The notes under the pieces are model-generated. The model was not told the origin of the DNA. It worked only from the letters and a program-made list of their open reading frames with translations, and searched no databases. DNA of 62,422 nt, taken from contig CAZWDO010000011.1 in assembly GCA_964632485.1 (NCBI GenBank), positions 62,001-124,422 of the forward strand, written 5' to 3'. The position numbers were made by a program, and so were the translations under genes. Source of the stretch: an uncultured bacterium. Lineage in GTDB: Bacteria > JAGOEH01. Shown here piece after piece: positions 51,096 through 59,952 of this stretch (position 1 is its first letter; the number at the start of each line of letters is the position of its first letter).

Positions 51096-52841
51096 CTACT
51101 TTCCACTGGGGGTTTGAGTACTGTCCTCAACCGCTTTTTCTGTTTTTTTCATCAGTACGAATTTTCGAATATTATCGTCAAAATACTGGATGGAATAAAG
51201 CGACCGTAATTCTTTCTCATATTCACTTTTACGTCTTTCGCGCAGTAATTTAAAAAGTTCGCGTTGGACATTGCGCTTAATTTGTTCAAACGGTCGGGCG
51301 CCGCCCTCGGTTTCACTCATTTTTTGTACCAGATAATATTTCCCCTGTTCTGAAAAAACGGAGGAAACTTCATTATTTTTCAGTTTATCCAGAACTTTAA
51401 TAAAAGGTTGAAATTTGGAGTCATTTTTATCAATATTACCCATGAATCCGCCCCGTTCAGCGGTAGCGCGATCGGTGGATAACTCCTTCGCCACAGCGGA
51501 AAAATCATCTTTACGCTTGATGCGGCTCAAAGCAGCATCCGCTTGTGATTTTGTCTCACTCTGAATCATACGGAAACTCACTTGCGGTTTGATGTAAAAG
51601 ATCGAATTCTTATTCGCTTCATAAAACTCTATCAGCATCGAATCGGTAATATCAATTTTATTATCAATTGACTCTTTTTGGGCCCATTCGATCAACAAGG
51701 TTTGTTTTTTACGTTGAATTTCGTCGACAATATCTTTTTGCTGGTCCAGGTTATTCGTTAATGCTTCATTAAAAAGCAATTCATAAAACAGTACCTGGTT
51801 GCTCAAGACATCTTTTAATTCCTCAACTGATCGGAATTGACGGATGGCTGATGGAGCATGAAGCCGGCCCCAATACCGAAATTCTTCTAACGTATAGTTG
51901 CCAAGTGAATAGGAAAGAAATTGCGATTTAAGTTCATCGGATTTAAAAAAAGATGAATCGATAAAATCGATCACCGGTAAGGAATCCTGCTTCATTCGGT
52001 TAACAATGCGTTCAAGAAGCTCATCGTTGAACTTGAAGTGGGCTTTCTCTTTAATAGAAGCAATATACTCTCTGATCCGCTCGGTTGTCCGCAAATTCAG
52101 CAACAGATTTCGAAGCCGTTCCTGTTCTTTTTCAAATGACTGCCGATTTCCATAGGGTTGAATCTCAGTGGTTTTAACGATTGAGAAAAAACCATTCGAT
52201 TCGATTGGTTTAGAAATTTCTCCGGGTTTCAGGGAAAAAACAATTTTTTTCATCGATTCGGGCAGATACGGATCGTCCCACGCTCTAAATCCAATATCCC
52301 CATCGACTTCCCGGCTGCTTGGATCCTCGGAGAAATCCTTAACTAATGTATTAAAATCCGCGCTATCCTTCAACGCCAAATATAAAGAATCGGCTAATTT
52401 TTGATTAGTTAATGATAAAACTGATAACCGGTATCGATCCGTGAGTTTATCATAAAGGTCCCGCACATCTTTATCGGTAACCTTGACTTTGGCGGCGATA
52501 AATTTTTGATAGAGAGGACCATTGGGGCCAGTTAACAATTCCTTTTTGTTGTTTTCCAGTTTCAACATGAATGCCGTGTCGTTGGCGGCATTGTGCTGAT
52601 AGGCATCTTCCACCATTAACAGATTGGGGACGACCCGTTCATCTATATAACCCTTGATTACATCGAGATTATCCCAATTATCCCGCCCAAAATTTTCCGA
52701 ATAGCGATACATTTTCCAAAACGTTTCCGAATAGAAATTCTGCGAACCCACTTGCAGCATCAAGATTCCTTCTTCAGCTTTTTCACCGCAAAAAGCCACT
52801 ATAAACACCATACTAATCAATACTAACATAACAATTCGCAT
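51096..52841 (-). CDS. Two-parvulin-domain PPIase, likely lipoprotein
   Basis: IVAFC lipobox; FSEDPSS..DGDIGF and LSTD...GGFMG; AAGGAG RBS before ATG 52841. Confidence 0.82.
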   Translation of the reverse strand: MRIVMLVLISMVFIVAFCGEKAEEGILMLQVGSQNFYSETFWKMYRYSENFGRDNWDNLDVIKGYIDERVVPNLLMVEDAYQHNAANDTAFMLKLENNKKELLTGPNGPLYQKFIAAKVKVTDKDVRDLYDKLTDRYRLSVLSLTNQKLADSLYLALKDSADFNTLVKDFSEDPSSREVDGDIGFRAWDDPYLPESMKKIVFSLKPGEISKPIESNGFFSIVKTTEIQPYGNRQSFEKEQERLRNLLLNLRTTERIREYIASIKEKAHFKFNDELLERIVNRMKQDSLPVIDFIDSSFFKSDELKSQFLSYSLGNYTLEEFRYWGRLHAPSAIRQFRSVEELKDVLSNQVLFYELLFNEALTNNLDQQKDIVDEIQRKKQTLLIEWAQKESIDNKIDITDSMLIEFYEANKNSIFYIKPQVSFRMIQSETKSQADAALSRIKRKDDFSAVAKELSTDRATAERGGFMGNIDKNDSKFQPFIKVLDKLKNNEVSSVFSEQGKYYLVQKMSETEGGARPFEQIKRNVQRELFKLLRERRKSEYEKELRSLYSIQYFDDNIRKFVLMKKTEKAVEDSTQTPSGK

Positions 52842-52863
52842 TAAGTTCTCCTTTTTTATTGCG

Positions 52864-53406
52864 TTACTGAATTTGTCCGGATTTAAAAGTTTTCCATCCA
52901 TACCAGATACTACTTAATCCATAAAAAAACAAAAAAATTATAATTAAAATGTTCATGATTTCAACAGGTCCAAAATAACAACCCAACATAGCGAATGCTA
53001 AGGCCGATGTTGATAGTTTGCCTCCCCAATTGGAAACAGGAACGTTTTTCAAACGACGCATGATTACAAAACCAACAATAAGCACAATAAGTTCCCGTAA
53101 AATAATCAAAATAACAATCCAAAGCGGGAAATGATAAAAAAGCGCAAAATAAATACCCAACACACAAAAAGCGATTTTATCAGCCAACGGATCCAGAATT
53201 TTGCCCAAATCGCTGACAACATTCAGCTTTCGGGCGATGAATCCATCCAACCAATCGCTCACTAAAAGATAGGCGAGCAATCCGATTCCTAAAGCGCTGA
53301 CTCGATGTTGTTGCGCGAAACCGCTCCAGACAAAAACAAAAGCGAATAGGATACGGGATATAGAGATTGAATTAGGAATCCATTCGAAATATTTCATGAA
53401 TGGCAT
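52864..53406 (-). CDS. CDP-alcohol phosphatidyltransferase (PgsA-like)
   Basis: IPNSISISR, DWLDGFIAR...GKILDPLADK. Confidence 0.9.
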   Translation of the reverse strand: MPFMKYFEWIPNSISISRILFAFVFVWSGFAQQHRVSALGIGLLAYLLVSDWLDGFIARKLNVVSDLGKILDPLADKIAFCVLGIYFALFYHFPLWIVILIILRELIVLIVGFVIMRRLKNVPVSNWGGKLSTSALAFAMLGCYFGPVEIMNILIIIFLFFYGLSSIWYGWKTFKSGQIQ

Positions 53407-55088
53407 TACCTCCCAAGAATAGCGCGGGCATGATCGCGCGCGCTGTCGGTCGGGGTTTCTCCGCCGATAATGCGGGCCAGTTCATCAATCCGGTCGTTCT
53501 CATTGAGAGGAAGAATCGTTGTAAAAGTTTCACCATTCTCAATATATTTACGTACAGAAAAATGAAGAGATCCCAGGGCTGCAATTTGATGCAGATGGGT
53601 AATGCAGATTATTTGCTTAACTTCACTTAGTTTTTTCATTTCCAGACCGGTCATTTCAGCAATGCGGCCGCTAACCCCCGTATCAATTTCATCAAAAATC
53701 AGGGTTGAAACAGTTGAAGAATCCGCCATGACGGATTTTAAAGCCAGCATAATGCGAGAAATTTCACCTCCCGAAGCAATCCGGGACAACGGGGCGAAGG
53801 GAGTTCCGGGATTAGGAGCAATCAAAAACCGAAGGGATTCCAAACCTGTCGGCGTCAGTAGTAAATCCTCGGTAAGCGCCTGGATACCGGATTCGGGTGG
53901 AAAAAACTCGATTTTGAAAGCGGCGGCTTGCATTCCTAACCGGCGTAAAATTGTTTCCACCGTTTGCTGGAAAGGTATCGCCTGACTTTGACGAGCAATG
54001 GAAAGTTGACGGCCAATTCCGATTAATTCTCTTTCCAAGCGATGTAACTCATCTGACTGCCGACGTAATGATTCATCGGAATGGCTGAAATTAGTTATAT
54101 TATCCTGTAATTCATTGCGATAAAGAATCAATTCATTGAGTGATTTTCGATACTTAAGGGTCAGTTTTTGCAAATCGGCCAAGCGTTTTTCCAACTGATT
54201 CAAACGCGCGGGATCCGCTTGAATTTTACGCCAGTAATCCAAAAAGAACTCACCCAATTCCTTCGTAATGATCTGCAGATTCTCGAATGAATCGAGAGTT
54301 GGTTTGAGCGAGCTGTCGATTTCAGACGCTTCCTCAATTTTTCGCATCATGACTTCAAATTGATTGATAATAGCATTATCGCCTTCATAAAGCATATCTG
54401 CCACCCATTGGCCGTTCGTCACCAATTTCTCGGTATTAGCCAGAATACGGATTTCCTCTTCCAACTCCCGATCTTCATCCTCATGGAAATCAAATTTAGC
54501 AAGTTCATTGTATTGAAACTGATAAAAAGCCAGTTTTTCAGCCATTTGCTCAGCATGTTTTCGATTTTTTTCCCAGGATCGGAATAATTGCTGATACTCT
54601 ATAAAAAGAGATTGAAATTGATTTAGAAGGTCCTGATAGGGCGCCTGGTAATCAAAAGGCGCTAAATGGGTCGTTTCATCCAATAAACTTTGATGTTGGT
54701 GCTGGCCATGTATATCCAACAACTCGGCGCCCAGCGTTTTTAAAAACTGAAGCGTAACAGGTTGATCGTTACACAAAATACGATTGCGCCCGTTGCGATT
54801 GACCTGCCGGGTCAGCGACAATAACTGAAAATCTCCGACCAGTCCTTCTTCCTGCAGCAATTCGCGAACTCGTCGGGTTGGTTCGAACTCCGCTTCTACT
54901 AACGCAAAATCTGTTCCAGGGCGAACTAAACCAATTTCTGCCCGACTTCCCAATAAAAGCTGCAAGGTATTAATGATAATTGATTTTCCAGCGCCCGTTT
55001 CACCCGTAATAATATTTAGCCCATGCCCTAATTCGAGCGTTAATTCGCGAATCAAAGTCATGTTTTTTATACTTAAACGTTTTAGCAT
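53406..55088 (-). CDS. recN: DNA repair protein RecN
   Basis: ITGETGAGKS, IHGQHQHQ, ASGGEISRIMLALK, FDEIDTG, ITHLHQIA. Confidence 0.96.
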   Translation of the reverse strand: MLKRLSIKNMTLIRELTLELGHGLNIITGETGAGKSIIINTLQLLLGSRAEIGLVRPGTDFALVEAEFEPTRRVRELLQEEGLVGDFQLLSLTRQVNRNGRNRILCNDQPVTLQFLKTLGAELLDIHGQHQHQSLLDETTHLAPFDYQAPYQDLLNQFQSLFIEYQQLFRSWEKNRKHAEQMAEKLAFYQFQYNELAKFDFHEDEDRELEEEIRILANTEKLVTNGQWVADMLYEGDNAIINQFEVMMRKIEEASEIDSSLKPTLDSFENLQIITKELGEFFLDYWRKIQADPARLNQLEKRLADLQKLTLKYRKSLNELILYRNELQDNITNFSHSDESLRRQSDELHRLERELIGIGRQLSIARQSQAIPFQQTVETILRRLGMQAAAFKIEFFPPESGIQALTEDLLLTPTGLESLRFLIAPNPGTPFAPLSRIASGGEISRIMLALKSVMADSSTVSTLIFDEIDTGVSGRIAEMTGLEMKKLSEVKQIICITHLHQIAALGSLHFSVRKYIENGETFTTILPLNENDRIDELARIIGGETPTDSARDHARAILGR

Positions 55089-55094
55089 AAAATT

Positions 55095-55123
55095 AAAATA
55101 AAAAAAAACTGTTTAAAAAGCAA
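55095..55123 (-). promoter_or_regulatory. sigma70-type promoter giving a probably leaderless recN mRNA
   Basis: Minus strand TTGCTT-17 bp-TATTTT, 6 bp, then ATG at 55088. Confidence 0.6.
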
Positions 55124-55138
55124 GCGCTTTTTTATGAC

Positions 55139-55167
55139 TTGACGACAGCGATTTTTTTTTGTATTTT
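55139..55167 (+). promoter_or_regulatory. sigma70-type promoter for tlpA-priA-pyrE
   Basis: TTGACG-17 bp-TATTTT. Confidence 0.55.
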
Positions 55168-55263
55168 CAGGTGAGTTCCCGAATGCTATTTTACAAACCC
55201 CACGATTATGCCCGGGGATGATATAAAACCAAAAATCCAACGACTCCTGAAAGCGAGGATAAA

Positions 55264-56415
55264 ATGAATCGAATCATCGCCTGCCTGCTTAAGCTGATAC
55301 TGGCTGTTAGTATTACAGGATCTCTTTCGGCCAACTGGTTATCGTCGGAGAGCATGACCGCATTCAGCAATCCCGAGATCGAAAACCTGATGGCCCAGGA
55401 TTCGTTACCCCAGCGATTAAAAATACTGGAACACCTATTGTCCACCTCGCAATCCGATTCCTTGATATTTGAAGAAAGCGCTTACGCGCTGGTTCTGACG
55501 TGCATCCAAATGGAAAATGACCCAATGCTCCAATCCTGGCTCGAGACATGGCAAAACAACAAGATACCCTCGAAAGCCGGACAACTGGCGCTGAATTACT
55601 GGCTCACAATTCGGAACCATACTGAGCTTGGATTCATGTACAAATTGATTAAAATGGGATTAAAACAGGATCAGGGAACAGAATATACTCCCTATTGGGA
55701 GATGCTGAGAGGGATATTGCTCCAAAAAAAAGGCATGACCGGCGCGGCTTATGAGGCCCTCAAGGGACAATATCAATTTTTCACCGCGCATCCTCTGTAC
55801 GATTTTTTCTATTCCATGGCCATCAGCGCCCGGCAAAGCGGACATGACGATGAAGCTTTCGATTGCTATACCCGGGCGTATTCACTCAAACCCAACAGCG
55901 AGCTTCAATTGATCATCCAAACCTTGGCCCAAAATCGACAACTCTCGGAAAACGATCAACAAACCCTGTTCCAGCGAACCATAGAACCCCATTTGGAACG
56001 AGCCCCCGATTTCCTACTCTATGATTTGGGCGGCAATCCGTACCAACTGAGCCATGTTTCAGAAAGCTACGTTTTACTGGTTTTCTGGGCCAGTTGGTGT
56101 GGCCCCTGCCGCCAGGAATTACCTATTATCGAACAGTTTTTTAAAACCAAACCGAATGACCTGCAAATCTGGTCGATCAATCTCGACCAGGATACAACCA
56201 AAGCGATCCGGATGCAGTATCAACTGGGACTCACCTTCCCTATCCTGATGGACGAGCAAACTACACAAATTTTGTACCAGGTACAAAGTATCCCGCGCTC
56301 CATACTTATAGATCCTAAAGGCCGTATCGTTTTAAAATTGATCGGCAGTGATAAAAACATTCAGCAAATCGTACTGGACCGGATGCAACTGACTCGTCCA
56401 CTGAATACCCAGTGA
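55264..56415 (+). CDS. Exported TPR-like plus TlpA/ResA thioredoxin-domain protein
   Basis: Signal peptide, helical repeats, APDF, FWASWCGPCRQELP, SIPRSILID. Confidence 0.87.
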   Translation: MNRIIACLLKLILAVSITGSLSANWLSSESMTAFSNPEIENLMAQDSLPQRLKILEHLLSTSQSDSLIFEESAYALVLTCIQMENDPMLQSWLETWQNNKIPSKAGQLALNYWLTIRNHTELGFMYKLIKMGLKQDQGTEYTPYWEMLRGILLQKKGMTGAAYEALKGQYQFFTAHPLYDFFYSMAISARQSGHDDEAFDCYTRAYSLKPNSELQLIIQTLAQNRQLSENDQQTLFQRTIEPHLERAPDFLLYDLGGNPYQLSHVSESYVLLVFWASWCGPCRQELPIIEQFFKTKPNDLQIWSINLDQDTTKAIRMQYQLGLTFPILMDEQTTQILYQVQSIPRSILIDPKGRIVLKLIGSDKNIQQIVLDRMQLTRPLNTQ

Positions 56416-58847
56416 TGATAGCCGATCGTTTTATGACCGTTTGGGTTCCTATACCCGGTATTGATCATCTGACTTACCGCATCCCATCATCCTGGAACGA
56501 TAGGATAGAAAGCGGCCAACGGGTAATAGTCCCGGTTAAAAACAATTATTATCCGGGCATAATAATCAGCATAGTAACAGAATCGCCTCCCTATAAATGT
56601 CTTGACGTAAAAGAGCTGCTGGACGACGAGCCTATTTTCAGCCCGCTATATCTGGAATTGTTAAGCTGGCTGGCATCATATTATAATATTGCCATCGGGT
56701 CAGTAGTCCAAACACTCATTCCATCCGAATTTTTTTACCAAACCGACTATCAAATCAAAATTGTGAACAGCGATATGCCATTATTTGACGCTCAGGATCA
56801 ATTGTCCCTTAAGATATGGAATTATTTGCTTGAAAATGGAGAAATCCTTTATAGTCAGCTCACCAAATATTTAAATGCAAAACCGACCCTATCCCTTTTA
56901 CGCCAATGGCGGGAAAAAAAGTTGATCGATATGCATTCCCTGGCTGTCAGCAGGGGCAAACCGAAATTTGAATATTCCTATTCCATCAACCCCGAGCTGG
57001 ATGCTCAATGGAATCAGGAAACTTACAGCCACCGATATCCGGCTCGTTTCTCCCTATTGCAGAAAATCAAACTGCAACATCATCTGATGGGCGCTGATTT
57101 GAACCCATCGCAAAAAAGATTGATCACTCCCATGATCAGGCAAAATTGGGTGGTTCGGCACGCGCACAATGTCCAGCGCGAAGTGTTGAAAGAGATTCAG
57201 TTTATAGCTACTGCTGAACCCGTATTAACAGAAGAACAAACAGCGGTCATCGGGGAGATCGCCCCATTCATAGCAGACTCCTCGTTTCAATCATTTTTGT
57301 TGTTTGGAGTAACCGGCAGTGGAAAAACCGAAGTCTATCTGCAATTAGCAAAAAAAGTATTAGACAAGGGGCAGAGTGTTTTGGTATTGGTTCCTGAAAT
57401 AGCCCTCACTCCCCGTTTGACTTTCCAGTTCAGAGAGCGTTTAAATCTTCCGGTAGAAGTGCTGCATAGCCGCATTTCATCAGGGGAGCGCTACGACACC
57501 TGGCGCAGGGTCATGCGGCGCAACCCAACGGTTTTGATTGGCGCTCGATCGGCGATATTCGCGCCTATCTATAAACCCGGATTAATTATCGTCGATGAAG
57601 AACATGAACAGACCTTCAAACAATCGGGGAAACAACCGTATTATCATGCCCGCGATGTAGCGGTAAAAATGGCGCAACTCTACGGCATACCGATAATCCT
57701 GGGAAGCGCAACCCCTTCGCTGGAATCATATAACAACGCGCGCGCCGGGAAATATCGCTATTTACAAATGACCCGTCGGGTTTCACAAGCGCAGTTACCC
57801 ACGGTGCAAATTTTTGATTTAAAATCCAAATCATTGGTAGCCAATATTTTTTCCCCAAGTCTCATCTATATGATGAACCAAACGTTGAATAAAGGCGAAC
57901 AAATTATATTATTTCTAAACCGCAGAGGTTACGCGCCGCAATACCTTTGCCCGGCTTGTGGGCATGTTATCCGCTGCCCTGCCTGCGATATCACACTTTA
58001 TTACCACCAAAAAACCCATGCCCTTCACTGCCATTATTGCGAACACAGCGCGGTAATCCCCGATCAATGCCCGCAATGCGGCAATCCCGGCGGTTTGTTC
58101 AAAGGAATCGGACTGGAGCGAGTTGAGGAAACCCTGCATAAACTATTTCCCCAAGCTGGAATTGTCCGTATGGACCAGGACACAACTCGCGGCAAAGACG
58201 CGCATTATAAAATACTGAAAGCCTTTGAAGAGCATCGCTACGATATATTGATCGGCACCCAAATGATCACGAAAGGCCTGGATTTCCCCCGGGTCACTTT
58301 AGTGGGCGTATTGTCGGCTGATACCGGGCTTTATCTGGCTGATTTCCGCGCCTTCGAACGCGTTTTCCAATTAATGACTCAGGTGGCGGGCCGAGCTGGC
58401 CGGGGCGATAAAATCGGACGGGCCATTATTCAAACCTATTCCCCCGATAACTATTGCCTTCTGTATGCCGGAACTCAAAATTTTCCCGCGTTTGCCGAAT
58501 ATGAACTTAAATTACGCCAGGCCCTTAACTACCCGCCTTACGTACATATCGTCCTGGTTCGCTTCAGTTACGCTGACGAACCAGTATTAAAGGATTTTCT
58601 TGTTTTTTGGGAAGAATGGCTAAAACGTCAGGAAAATTTCTCCCGACCGTATGTCCAGCTTTTAGGTCCCATCGAATCGCCTATTTATAAACTCAAAAAT
58701 CAGTTTCGCTTGCAAATGCTGATTAAAACGCATACAGTGCGCCAACTCAATCACTGGTTCAATCGGTTCAAATCTGATAAACAACGGCATAAAAATTTTC
58801 GTAAAATCGATATCACCTATGATGTCGATCCACAGCAGATGTATTGA
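56412..58847 (+). CDS. priA: Primosomal protein N'
   Basis: GVTGSGKTEVY, VPEIALT, DEEHE, GSATPS, four CxxC, GTQMITKGLDF, QVAGRAGR. Confidence 0.96.
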   Translation: MMIADRFMTVWVPIPGIDHLTYRIPSSWNDRIESGQRVIVPVKNNYYPGIIISIVTESPPYKCLDVKELLDDEPIFSPLYLELLSWLASYYNIAIGSVVQTLIPSEFFYQTDYQIKIVNSDMPLFDAQDQLSLKIWNYLLENGEILYSQLTKYLNAKPTLSLLRQWREKKLIDMHSLAVSRGKPKFEYSYSINPELDAQWNQETYSHRYPARFSLLQKIKLQHHLMGADLNPSQKRLITPMIRQNWVVRHAHNVQREVLKEIQFIATAEPVLTEEQTAVIGEIAPFIADSSFQSFLLFGVTGSGKTEVYLQLAKKVLDKGQSVLVLVPEIALTPRLTFQFRERLNLPVEVLHSRISSGERYDTWRRVMRRNPTVLIGARSAIFAPIYKPGLIIVDEEHEQTFKQSGKQPYYHARDVAVKMAQLYGIPIILGSATPSLESYNNARAGKYRYLQMTRRVSQAQLPTVQIFDLKSKSLVANIFSPSLIYMMNQTLNKGEQIILFLNRRGYAPQYLCPACGHVIRCPACDITLYYHQKTHALHCHYCEHSAVIPDQCPQCGNPGGLFKGIGLERVEETLHKLFPQAGIVRMDQDTTRGKDAHYKILKAFEEHRYDILIGTQMITKGLDFPRVTLVGVLSADTGLYLADFRAFERVFQLMTQVAGRAGRGDKIGRAIIQTYSPDNYCLLYAGTQNFPAFAEYELKLRQALNYPPYVHIVLVRFSYADEPVLKDFLVFWEEWLKRQENFSRPYVQLLGPIESPIYKLKNQFRLQMLIKTHTVRQLNHWFNRFKSDKQRHKNFRKIDITYDVDPQQMY

Positions 58848-58874
58848 TCATCCACTTTTATCAAGGAGAATTCT

Positions 58875-59459
58875 ATGACTCAACAAGAAGCGCTTGAGCT
58901 GTTCAAAAAAACGGAAGCTCTGCTGGAAGGGCATTTCCAATTGACTTCTGGACTCCATTCAAACCAATATTTTCAATGCGCGAAAGTTCTTCAATATCCT
59001 CAATATACAGAAAAACTCTGCCAATGGTTGGCCAATCAGATCCAAACCCAATTCAAGGAAATCAATACCGTCATAGCGCCTGCGGTAGGCGGAATTATTG
59101 TCGGTCAGGAACTGGCGCGACTGCTGGGAACACGCAGTATTTTTGCCGAGCGCCAGGATGGTCGGATGGTACTCAGACGTGGATTTCAAATACAACCGGA
59201 CGAAATAATCGTGGTTGCCGAGGATGTGATTACTACCGGAGGGTCGGTCCTGGAAGTGATTCAGTTAGTGCGGGAAGCGGGTGGAGTTCCCCTGGCTGCC
59301 GTATCCGTTGTAGATCGTTCGAATGGCGCAGTGGATTTGACGATTCCATATTTCGCAACGCTAAGCCTGCAAGTCGTCACGTATCAAGCTGACCAGTGCC
59401 CTCTTTGCGCAAATGGTTCGATAGCTATTAAACCCGGGAGTCGCCATTTGATGAAATAG
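58875..59459 (+). CDS. pyrE: Orotate phosphoribosyltransferase
   Basis: GHFQLTSGLHS, PAVGGI, AEDVITTGGS, KPGSR. Confidence 0.94.
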   Translation: MTQQEALELFKKTEALLEGHFQLTSGLHSNQYFQCAKVLQYPQYTEKLCQWLANQIQTQFKEINTVIAPAVGGIIVGQELARLLGTRSIFAERQDGRMVLRRGFQIQPDEIIVVAEDVITTGGSVLEVIQLVREAGGVPLAAVSVVDRSNGAVDLTIPYFATLSLQVVTYQADQCPLCANGSIAIKPGSRHLMK

Positions 59460-59646
59460 GATATGTCCCATCAAGTCGTAGTTTTGCAACCTTCCACACC
59501 TGTCTCCCCCTAATAAGCGCCTAACGAATGCCGGTGGAAGATTAGTGCGGCCTTCATTACGCCCAGACTTTATTTCGGTAAATCTTTGGGGTTTGATGGC
59601 GCCCGGAGAAATAGGTTGGATTGTTATTTTTAAAATCTTTTTTCTC

Positions 59647-59675
59647 TTGCAAAAATTGTTTTGATTGTGTATAAT
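59647..59675 (+). promoter_or_regulatory. sigma70-type promoter of the MCP
   Basis: TTGCAA-17 bp-TATAAT. Confidence 0.7.
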
Positions 59676-59952
59676 AACATAAAACACGGCGTAATATAGC
59701 TGGAAATCAGAGTGAAATACCCAGCTTATTATGATCTAACTAAATGTTTTGTTTTATTGAGAAGCGTCAGTTATTAACAGCGCACGACTCCAATCGTCGA
59801 GTGGGATTGCCCTTAACCTTAGCCAGCGGTACCTGAGAGGTTCAATATAACCTTGCATTTGCCACGCCATGCGGGTGAAAAGGTTCGCGGCTATCCGTTG
59901 CGTTTTATTTACTGCTTGGCGACGTTTGAAGATGCAGGAAAGGAGAAACAAT

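Noticed and set aside
59517-59560. CGCCTAAC..AATGCCGGT resembling a twister ribozyme
   Set aside because: P2, the P4 partner strand and the pseudoknot complements are missing.
59780-59835. c-di-GMP-I riboswitch (GAGTGGGA, AGCCAG)
   Set aside because: Core GGCAAAC, GNRA-capped P2 and GCAAAG are absent; kept only as an unassigned structured leader.
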